From Dehalococcoidia bacterium (lineage in GTDB: Bacteria; Chloroflexota; Dehalococcoidia; SZUA-161), in assembly GCA_035529555.1 (NCBI GenBank), contig DATKWL010000116.1:1-34666 (forward strand): a DNA stretch of 34,666 bases. The letters run 5' to 3'. The notes under the pieces are model-generated. The model did no database searches. It was not told the DNA's origin and saw only the letters and a list, made by a program, of their open reading frames with translations. Positions 12,827 through 19,955 of the stretch are shown piece after piece. Within the stretch, counting starts at the first letter, position 1. Each line of letters opens with the position of its first letter. Position numbers and translations under genes: made by a program.

Positions 12827-13849
12827 ATGGGCTATGCTGTCCCCGAGCATAGCTACAGTCAGGAAGAAGTATTCCAGGTGCTCGGGTACCCGCAGCGCTT
12901 CTGGAGGGTGTTCAAAGAGAGTGGGATTGAGAAGAGGCACCTTTGGGTACCGCCATGCGAAGCTAAGGAGATCAGCTGGCAGCAACAGCAGGAGATATAC
13001 AGGGTTGGGGCCGTAAAGCTTTCCCTGCAGGCGGTAAAAGAGTGTCTAGACAGCCGGAGCGCCGAGGATATCGCCTGCGTTGTCTATGGGAGTTGCACAG
13101 GATTTACCCCGGGACCGACGATAGCCCACTACCTGGCCAAAGAGTTATCTCTTGAACCCTCGACCTATTATACGAACATAATCGGGCAGGGATGCGAATC
13201 AGGCTTCCCCGGGCTCCGGAGAGCCTACGATTTTGCTGTAGCCACAGGAAAGCAAGCCCTGGTTGTCAACTGCGAGCTCTGCTCATGCACTTACTATCCC
13301 GAGCCTGCCGGCAGACCGGACCCTGAGAATCATTTTGAATGCTTGAGGAGCAATGCCATCTTTGCCGATGCTGCCTCCTGTGTTCTGGTGGGGTTTGATG
13401 AGAACCTGCGGCATCCTTCTATAATTGACATGGAGACACATACCAATACCGACTTCATCAATGAGCTCGGCTATACCTGGCGGTATGGCCGGCTAAGAGT
13501 TATGTTGTCGCGGCGGGTACCGGAACTGGCGCCACTGGTGGTTAAGCCGGCTGTCAATGCCGTGCTGCAGCGCCAGGGACTAAGTATTGACGACATAAGA
13601 TGGTGGGTGATCCACGCGGCTGGCAGCACAGTCTTGGACAACATAAGGGATGCACTTGGCATAGCCGAGGAAAAGGTAACTCTCTCGAGGGAAACATTGA
13701 GAAATTTTGGCAACACCAGCTCAACCTCGGTCGGCATTACCGGGAAGAGATTGATGGCGGGAGATATCCACCATGGAGATTATGCGGCGGTTTTGAGTAT
13801 CGGACCCGGCATGAGCGGCGGCATGACTCTCTTGCGCTTCGGAGGTTGA
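12827..13849 (+). CDS. type III polyketide synthase (chalcone-synthase-like, 340 aa)
   Basis: Cys-His-Asn triad contexts GQGCESG, WVIHAAGS and FGNTSSTS. The first ATG after the upstream stop is taken as start; the track extension overlaps the UbiA gene. Confidence 0.85.
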   Translation: MGYAVPEHSYSQEEVFQVLGYPQRFWRVFKESGIEKRHLWVPPCEAKEISWQQQQEIYRVGAVKLSLQAVKECLDSRSAEDIACVVYGSCTGFTPGPTIAHYLAKELSLEPSTYYTNIIGQGCESGFPGLRRAYDFAVATGKQALVVNCELCSCTYYPEPAGRPDPENHFECLRSNAIFADAASCVLVGFDENLRHPSIIDMETHTNTDFINELGYTWRYGRLRVMLSRRVPELAPLVVKPAVNAVLQRQGLSIDDIRWWVIHAAGSTVLDNIRDALGIAEEKVTLSRETLRNFGNTSSTSVGITGKRLMAGDIHHGDYAAVLSIGPGMSGGMTLLRFGG

Positions 13850-13850
13850 A

Positions 13851-14291
13851 GTGAGACTGCGAGATGCCCTGGCCAGCTTGCCTGATATAGACCACGAGAT
13901 TATTGACTGGTTGGCTGAAATAAATAGCTACAAGGGAGTATGCACCCTGAACTCATGTGCCGGACACAATAACCACTACAATCAACCATTTGTGATCCTG
14001 GCATTCTCCAAGGGCAGCCCCTTTCACAAGTTCTGCCACGAGATATCACCGGTGAGGTCTGATGTTAGTCCTGTGCTGACTCTGTTTTCTGACAAAGGCT
14101 GGGTAGCAGTATTTCCTCCAACAAAAGATATTAGTGTTGAACAAGGTAGCGGAGTAACACCAGAACGCTTGCCGACTGTTAGAAGGGACCTGTTTGAACG
14201 TATCATAGCAACACTGGAGAAGGTGATAGAAAGGAAGGCGAGTGTGAAGGAGATCGAGCGAAAAATAAAGGTGCTGGGGAGGGGGCTATAA
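13851..14291 (+). CDS. hypothetical protein (146 aa)
   Basis: GTG start with GGAGG 5 nt upstream. No family recognised. Confidence 0.55.
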   Translation: MRLRDALASLPDIDHEIIDWLAEINSYKGVCTLNSCAGHNNHYNQPFVILAFSKGSPFHKFCHEISPVRSDVSPVLTLFSDKGWVAVFPPTKDISVEQGSGVTPERLPTVRRDLFERIIATLEKVIERKASVKEIERKIKVLGRGL

Positions 14292-15224
14292 ATGGCAGTA
14301 TTGGTAACGGGGGGCACCGGGACGCTTGGTCGGGAGCTGGTTCACAATCTAGTCGCCAGAGGGCAAAAGGTAAGGATTCTGGCCAGAGACACTAAGAAGG
14401 CAGAGGAGCTTTTCAGCGGTTTGGAGATACTAAAGGGCAATGTCACCGAGGACAATCTTGGCCTGGTGGCTAATCCCCATGTTGATGCAGTATACCACCT
14501 GGCCGGTTTTCTTGACCTGAGTGAGAAACATCGAGACGACTTGTGGAACGTCAATGTCGCCGGCACGCAAAATGTCATCAAGCTCATGAAACTTTATGAG
14601 ATCCCCCACCTTTATTATTGTTCAACTGCATATACCCAGGGAAGGAACTGCTATGAGGAGACCAAAGCCACGGCCGAGAATTGGGTCAGGGAATCGGGCG
14701 TCAAGTACTCCATCTTTAAGCCCGGCATCATCGTCCCCAACTCCAGAACCTTCGAGATTGATAAGCCACAGCACCTTTATCTGGCGGCCAGGTTATGGGC
14801 CAGGCTCCACCGCCGGGCAGAGCCAATCAGGAAAAAATTAGAGAATAAACTTAATCTACCACCCAAGCAAATTAGCTGCCGGATAAAGGGTAACCCCAGT
14901 GCCACCTTGAACCTAGTTCAGGTTGACTGGATAGCAGAAAAAATGGCCAGCGTCCAGGACGAAGGCGTCTACATGCTCACCAGCCAAAGGCCGCTAAGGG
15001 TTTCTAAACTGCTGGAGTGGCTTGGTGAGGTCCTGTTTCTAAACCTCAAAGTGGAGCCTGAGTTCAAGCTGAGGCCACACGAGGCTTTATTTGACCGCCT
15101 GGCCAAGCCGTTCTTGGACTACGTACAAGATGATTTTTCCCGCTTTAAGCACTCATTCAATGACTGCCCTGCCATCAGCCGGGAATTTATTCAAAAGACA
15201 GTTATCAATAGTATTTTAAATTGA
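14292..15224 (+). CDS. NAD(P)-dependent extended SDR (epimerase/reductase family, 310 aa)
   Basis: VLVTGGTGTLGRELV Rossmann motif and a YEETK (YxxxK) motif. Confidence 0.8.
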   Translation: MAVLVTGGTGTLGRELVHNLVARGQKVRILARDTKKAEELFSGLEILKGNVTEDNLGLVANPHVDAVYHLAGFLDLSEKHRDDLWNVNVAGTQNVIKLMKLYEIPHLYYCSTAYTQGRNCYEETKATAENWVRESGVKYSIFKPGIIVPNSRTFEIDKPQHLYLAARLWARLHRRAEPIRKKLENKLNLPPKQISCRIKGNPSATLNLVQVDWIAEKMASVQDEGVYMLTSQRPLRVSKLLEWLGEVLFLNLKVEPEFKLRPHEALFDRLAKPFLDYVQDDFSRFKHSFNDCPAISREFIQKTVINSILN

Positions 15225-15249
15225 CTAACCCGCCCTAAGGGTTTAGAAT
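15221..15249 (+). promoter_or_regulatory. sigma70-like promoter TTGACT-17-TAGAAT without a downstream hairpin
   Basis: The -35 element overlaps the TGA stop of the SDR gene. The SD and ATG 15272 follow within about 20 nt. Confidence 0.55.
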
Positions 15250-15271
15250 TTTCAGCAAGGAGGGGCTTCTA

Positions 15272-15595
15272 ATGGTTATGGGGCAAGGCAAAGGTCTTCT
15301 GTCAGAGCTTGAAAGGAAATTGGGATTACCGCCGCTTTCCCAGGTCGCCGAAACCTTACAGAAATTTCCCGATATGCCAAGGCTGCGCCTGATCAAAAAC
15401 ATCCTTGAGGCCTGCGAGCGCCTTTCTCGCACCGCGCCCGAGCTGGAAAAGATTGTCACCCTGGTCAACCTGATTGCCGATACCCCTACCGATAGGCTGG
15501 AGAAGCTGGAGAAGATCCTGAAGCAGGCAAACAAGCTGGTGGCACATGCCCCGAATGGGCTGCTTGAGTTTCTGTCCTCTTTGAAGGAGGATTGA
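15272..15595 (+). CDS. hypothetical helical protein (107 aa)
   Basis: AAGGAGGGG SD. First gene after the hairpin-less promoter. Confidence 0.6.
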   Translation: MVMGQGKGLLSELERKLGLPPLSQVAETLQKFPDMPRLRLIKNILEACERLSRTAPELEKIVTLVNLIADTPTDRLEKLEKILKQANKLVAHAPNGLLEFLSSLKED

Positions 15596-15804
15596 TGATA
15601 ATAAGCCCTGTATTTGCTTTGATTGTTGCCGCGGTCGGTGCCGTGGGAGCAGTGGCTGGGGCTTCAGCCCTCGCCGTAGGAAGGAAAATAGGGCCGAACC
15701 TAACGCTGGCAGACATGTTGCCTCTCGCACCCTGGGAAGGTCCGCCCTTACCTAGATTCACCAAGACGAAGCCAGAGCTTCTTGCTGAGTTGAAGACGAG
15801 GTGA
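15595..15804 (+). CDS. small membrane protein with WEGPPLPRF motif (69 aa)
   Basis: N-terminal Gly/Ala-rich TM helix. GAAGGAGG SD. TGATG coupling with the upstream stop. Confidence 0.55.
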   Translation: MIISPVFALIVAAVGAVGAVAGASALAVGRKIGPNLTLADMLPLAPWEGPPLPRFTKTKPELLAELKTR

Positions 15805-15809
15805 AAACA

Positions 15810-16013
15810 ATGGTTATTGAAATCAAAACTACAGTAGCTTGCCCTATCTGTTCTGAGCAAATACCCGGTGTAGTAGATAAAATAACAAGAACTGATGTTT
15901 TGATGGGTCATCTTGTCACAGTACATGGAAGCCAAGCAAGACCAGCCACACCATTGGAGGGACCACCCCTGCCCAGAGCGTTAGGTATTCACTGGCCATG
16001 GAGGAAGCCTTGA
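15810..16013 (+). CDS. small zinc-finger-like protein with C-terminal LEGPPLPRALGIHWPW motif (67 aa)
   Basis: Has CPIC...HLVTVH. GAGGTG lies 6 nt upstream of ATG 15810. The track ORF starts at GTG 15801. Confidence 0.5.
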   Translation: MVIEIKTTVACPICSEQIPGVVDKITRTDVLMGHLVTVHGSQARPATPLEGPPLPRALGIHWPWRKP

Positions 16014-16378
16014 TCCTGCAGTTAGTTGAATCTGACAGACCAAAGACGGTCGGTGAGAAAATCGCCGAGTTTCTGGCTCGGCCTCCCCAGCCTGTGCTCA
16101 AGTTTTACGGCGATTTCAGCACTGAGACAGCCGACGGCAAAAGGCACCTGTTCTTCGCGATAAGAAACGGGCTGCCGCTTCCCCTTTTCTATGGAATATA
16201 TGTCAGATCTAGTTATGACGGATTCATAGACTACATGGAGAAGACAGACCATATCGGCCCCTTCAGCACTGACGACTGGCGTCTGACGCTGGACACCACG
16301 GGGCCGGCTCAGGCAGAAATTCGCTTGGGGCTTCTCCCGTTTGAAATTTTAACCGACAAGTCTCAGGTTGCAGTTTAG
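15998..16378 (+). CDS. hypothetical protein (126 aa)
   Basis: ORF overlaps the upstream gene by 16 nt. No clear SD. Confidence 0.5.
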   Translation: MEEALILQLVESDRPKTVGEKIAEFLARPPQPVLKFYGDFSTETADGKRHLFFAIRNGLPLPLFYGIYVRSSYDGFIDYMEKTDHIGPFSTDDWRLTLDTTGPAQAEIRLGLLPFEILTDKSQVAV

Positions 16379-16407
16379 TTGACCTTCTCAAAATTCTAGT
16401 TTACAAT
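16379..16407 (+). promoter_or_regulatory. sigma70-like promoter TTGACC-17-TACAAT
   Basis: Starts immediately after the TAG stop at 16376-78. Confidence 0.6.
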
Positions 16408-16418
16408 TGGTGAAAAGG

Positions 16419-16464
16419 CAGAAAAATGGGGCAAGCAAATCAATTGCTTGCCCTTTTCTTTTTT
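16419..16464 (+). terminator. intrinsic-terminator-like hairpin between promoter and RBS
   Basis: Stem 16429-38/16444-53 (10 bp), loop ATCAA, then TTTTCTTTTTT at 16454-64. Confidence 0.7.
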
Positions 16465-16477
16465 GGTGAGGTTGTAA

Positions 16478-16807
16478 ATGACAGTTAGCCAAGACTGCCT
16501 AGAGAAAGCCTACCACATTTACGAAGCCCATGAATGTGCCCACGCTGCATCGAGGGAAGCACTAAGCCGGGATAAAAAGTCTGCCGAGATGTATTTGAAC
16601 CTGATAAATCAGCACTTATATGCCGCGGATGCTTCACTTTCACCGGAGACTAAAATGGAATTGAATCGTGATCTGGCAGAAGCAAGAAAGTTGATTTACC
16701 AGGATGATAAAAATGCCGTCTTCTCGCTAGGTCGCTTTCTGGATAAGACGAAGGAATTGATGTTTGAAGTCGCCGTGGCCTGCGAGTGCCGGAAAGGAGG
16801 GCAATGA
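16478..16807 (+). CDS. helical Cys-motif paralog (109 aa, C-terminal ACECR)
   Basis: GGTGAGG lies 6 nt upstream. Same Cys pattern as three minus-strand genes. Confidence 0.6.
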   Translation: MTVSQDCLEKAYHIYEAHECAHAASREALSRDKKSAEMYLNLINQHLYAADASLSPETKMELNRDLAEARKLIYQDDKNAVFSLGRFLDKTKELMFEVAVACECRKGGQ

Positions 16808-17178
16808 TGCTAAGGTTTAAGTTACCGAAACTCCCTGGCCAAAAAGAACCACCGAAGCTATGGCCGCCAACATTACCCTCGACCACCATTCCCACGCCCT
16901 TTGGGAAAGTGTCCCTCCCCGAGCACAAAATAGGGCTGCCTAAAATGCCATCCCTCGACAAGAGAACCGGCAGTGCCATGAAGCACGCCGTCGGCATCGA
17001 CCTGTCAATAATACCAGGCCTTCTTCCTTTCGTGGGGGACGTGGTCGCGGACGTAGTAGAAGACCTCCATGGTGCTGAATTAAGGAAAATACTGACCTCA
17101 AAAGAGTATGATGAGTTTCTAAAACAGGACAAGATAGCCCCGGCTATAATAGCGATGGCGCGGACATTGACGAAATAA
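16804..17178 (+). CDS. hypothetical protein with N-terminal FKLPKLPGQKEPPKLWPP (124 aa)
   Basis: ATGA-type overlap with the upstream stop, and an AAGGAGGG SD. Confidence 0.55.
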   Translation: MMLRFKLPKLPGQKEPPKLWPPTLPSTTIPTPFGKVSLPEHKIGLPKMPSLDKRTGSAMKHAVGIDLSIIPGLLPFVGDVVADVVEDLHGAELRKILTSKEYDEFLKQDKIAPAIIAMARTLTK

Positions 17179-17191
17179 GGGGAGGCGAGAG

Positions 17192-19699
17192 ATGGAACGA
17201 GCTGAACTGGCTGACGCACCAGAAATCGCAACGATAGAAATAACAGAACCTCTTCCTGAGAGCGGGGTCGTTGACAGCACCTACAAGATTAAAGGCTCAG
17301 TCAAAATGTTTGATGCCATAGGCGCCCCACCCTGGGTTTACGCCGAGGTTAGGTTAAAGGAGTGGGACAAGCCGGAGGTTGCTGAGGAGGTCAGTTACGA
17401 GCGCGGCTTTCCCATGCCGATAACCGGTGAATTTACCATTGAGTTCAAGCCGGAGAAAGAGGGAGATTACGAAATTACTGTTCTGGCTACCCCAGCACCT
17501 TTATCCCTACCCGTCATCGGGGTATTCCCGGTCACCGGCAAGAGCGATGTAATGAAGGTTGCCGTTGGCGAAAGGCCGCCAGCGGTGTTCAGATTCTCGG
17601 ACGTAACGATTGACGAGAATGATATAGCGCTTACCGACCACGATGCTGATTCCGGATTGCTGCTGGAGAAAACCACGGCCGATTATCTGGACATAACCCC
17701 GGCCTTTGAGTGGACGGGTCCCAGCAAGAAGGCCACTGTAAGCATAAAGGCCGGATACAGGGATTGGCTCGGTGCTTTTAGCCCCAAGACGGGGGCTTAT
17801 ACGCGCACCATTACGCTGCCTGAATCACCTACTACTCCCTATTCCGGCGAACTTGAAAGCCCGATAAGGATTCCACTTACCGCCTGCAGCGGCATTACCG
17901 ATGGCGCCATAGAGATGGTGCTCAAGATAGCCAGGGAGCCCGACTACATCAGTCGTATCTGGAACGTCTACGCCACCAAAGCTCCGCCTGAAGCGTTAGA
18001 CTTCGATTTAACAAGGCCTAGCGTCTCCCAAACCCCCGTAGACCCGGGAACCATCATAGACATCACTTGCCCCATTACCTCGAGGTGCGAGAAGGCGGTT
18101 GATGCCCGTGCCAAGGTCATTATCTATGAGGGGTCAGCTCTTCCCGGTCATGGTAGTAAGATTAAGCAATACGATAGCGATGTGTTCCATATAGAGCCGA
18201 ACGAGAGCACAAATGTCGTTGTCCACCACACGGCAGTCAAGGGCACCATAGACAGGCGGGATGTGGAGGTGGAGGTATACGTTGACACGCAGCTGGTCAA
18301 GGAGAGCGAGTGGGATGACGTGTTCTACGTCGGTGTACCGCCAGAAGAGGTAATCGACTTTAACCTGACAAGACCCACAGTTACTCCAGCGGAAATCGCT
18401 CCGGGAACACCTATCACGATAACGTGCCCGGTGACCTCGGCCTGCACCAAGGAGCAAACGGCCACCGCTCAGGTTAAGATTTATGAAGGCAGTTTTTATG
18501 CCGGCCACGGGACCCTGATAACCACCAAGAATTCACCAGCCTTCTCCATAGCACCAGGCCAGGCTTATAATGTCATCGTTCAACACACCGCTATAGCCGG
18601 CACAATTGACCGTCGTGATGTTGAGGTTGAGATTTATATCGGTGGCAAGCTGGTCAAGGAGAGCGAGTGGGATGATATTTACTATGTAATTATCCCCCCC
18701 CCACCACCCGTGCCTCCCACATCTGATATTAGGAACTTTGACTTTCAGCCAGTGAAGGGCACTTATGATGTTGGAGACAGAGTATCCTATAGTGCCCCCT
18801 ACGAATACAAGGGCAAGGCTCAAGGCGGCTGGCTGACAATCTACCTCGGCACAGGAGTGTATCCCTATTTCTCTATCAAGCATACCTACCCCAGGACTGC
18901 GGTAAGTTTTGGTGAGGCGATGGACTGGACATTGGGCCAATTGTCAGGAAACTTCCTCCTGCCAAGCACACTGGTGCCCGGCCAGACATACAATGTCAGG
19001 GCTAAATTAGAGACTGCTGATGGCAAGCAGATAATTGACACCGACTGGGGAGTGATTACCATCCCCGAGATAACACCGCCTCCACCGCCTGTGCCACCCG
19101 CGGCGGACATCAGGAATCTCGACCTTGTGGCCACCAAGGGCACCTATGACATTGGCGACAGAGTGCCATTCACTTGCAATTATGAATACAAGGGAAAGGC
19201 GCAAGGCGGCCATCTTGTCCTTTCACTGGGCACCGGCGTATATCCAACCTTCAGCACGGTGGTAAACTACTACCCGATGCCAGTCAGCTTCGACGAGGCG
19301 ATGGACTGGACCCGGCGCAGTTTTACGGGAACTTTCCTTTTGACTGAAGCCCTTAATCCCGGGCGGACCTATAACACCAGAGCCAAGCTGGAAACTCTAG
19401 ATGACCGCACGAAGGAAACCGACACCGACTGGGAGGTGGTGAGAATACAGGAAGCGGCACCTCCCGGAGAATATACCGTTTTTGTCCTAGCGCTGCCCCT
19501 TGCTGCCGGATGGGTCACCAAGGAGCCGGATAAGGACTCATACGCTTATGGCGAAACGGTGAAGCTGACCGCCATGAGCGCCCCCGGCTACAAGTTTTCT
19601 TACTGGCAAGTTGACGGCGAGTGGGCGGGCTATAGCAGCACCCTGACCCTCATGGTAACCACGGATCTCGAAGTGAGAGCGTATTATACAAAGGTGTAG
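17192..19699 (+). CDS. large multi-domain repeat protein, candidate virion or surface protein (835 aa)
   Basis: GGGGAGG SD. Has an internal 118-aa repeat x2 (aa 265-501) and a 127-aa repeat x2 (aa 502-755), each B copy preceded by PPPPPVPP. The C-terminal approx 80 aa fit the InlB B-repeat-like pattern (YGETVKLTAMSAPGYKFSYW). No signal peptide. Confidence 0.8.
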   Translation: MERAELADAPEIATIEITEPLPESGVVDSTYKIKGSVKMFDAIGAPPWVYAEVRLKEWDKPEVAEEVSYERGFPMPITGEFTIEFKPEKEGDYEITVLATPAPLSLPVIGVFPVTGKSDVMKVAVGERPPAVFRFSDVTIDENDIALTDHDADSGLLLEKTTADYLDITPAFEWTGPSKKATVSIKAGYRDWLGAFSPKTGAYTRTITLPESPTTPYSGELESPIRIPLTACSGITDGAIEMVLKIAREPDYISRIWNVYATKAPPEALDFDLTRPSVSQTPVDPGTIIDITCPITSRCEKAVDARAKVIIYEGSALPGHGSKIKQYDSDVFHIEPNESTNVVVHHTAVKGTIDRRDVEVEVYVDTQLVKESEWDDVFYVGVPPEEVIDFNLTRPTVTPAEIAPGTPITITCPVTSACTKEQTATAQVKIYEGSFYAGHGTLITTKNSPAFSIAPGQAYNVIVQHTAIAGTIDRRDVEVEIYIGGKLVKESEWDDIYYVIIPPPPPVPPTSDIRNFDFQPVKGTYDVGDRVSYSAPYEYKGKAQGGWLTIYLGTGVYPYFSIKHTYPRTAVSFGEAMDWTLGQLSGNFLLPSTLVPGQTYNVRAKLETADGKQIIDTDWGVITIPEITPPPPPVPPAADIRNLDLVATKGTYDIGDRVPFTCNYEYKGKAQGGHLVLSLGTGVYPTFSTVVNYYPMPVSFDEAMDWTRRSFTGTFLLTEALNPGRTYNTRAKLETLDDRTKETDTDWEVVRIQEAAPPGEYTVFVLALPLAAGWVTKEPDKDSYAYGETVKLTAMSAPGYKFSYWQVDGEWAGYSSTLTLMVTTDLEVRAYYTKV

Positions 19700-19700
19700 A

Positions 19701-19955
19701 ATGCCGAACGAAGAATGGGAAAAAGTAAAGCAAGCTTTGAAAAAGCCGGCAACGCCGGAGGCGATGAAAGAAGCCGCCCAAGCCTTTGAGCGATACCAGG
19801 TGGTGAAGTTGGCCAAAGGCAAGGGCTCCAAGCCGACGCTGGTTACCCTGGGCCGGGGGAGAGGGTACCCCAACGCTGTTCCAGTGAACAAAATCCCTGA
19901 GGAGCTGGCCAAGAACCCCAATTTCTTCAACCTCATGCAGAGGGTGGTGAAGTAA
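19701..19955 (+). CDS. hypothetical basic protein (84 aa)
   Basis: Starts 2 nt after the upstream stop. Confidence 0.55.
   Translation: MPNEEWEKVKQALKKPATPEAMKEAAQAFERYQVVKLAKGKGSKPTLVTLGRGRGYPNAVPVNKIPEELAKNPNFFNLMQRVVK

Noticed and set aside
15235-17231. Minus-strand ORFs 15235..15534, 15356..15730, 15486..15935 and 16650..17231.
   Set aside because: They are antisense to SD-led plus-strand genes, cross promoter, terminator and hairpin elements, and have low-complexity products.
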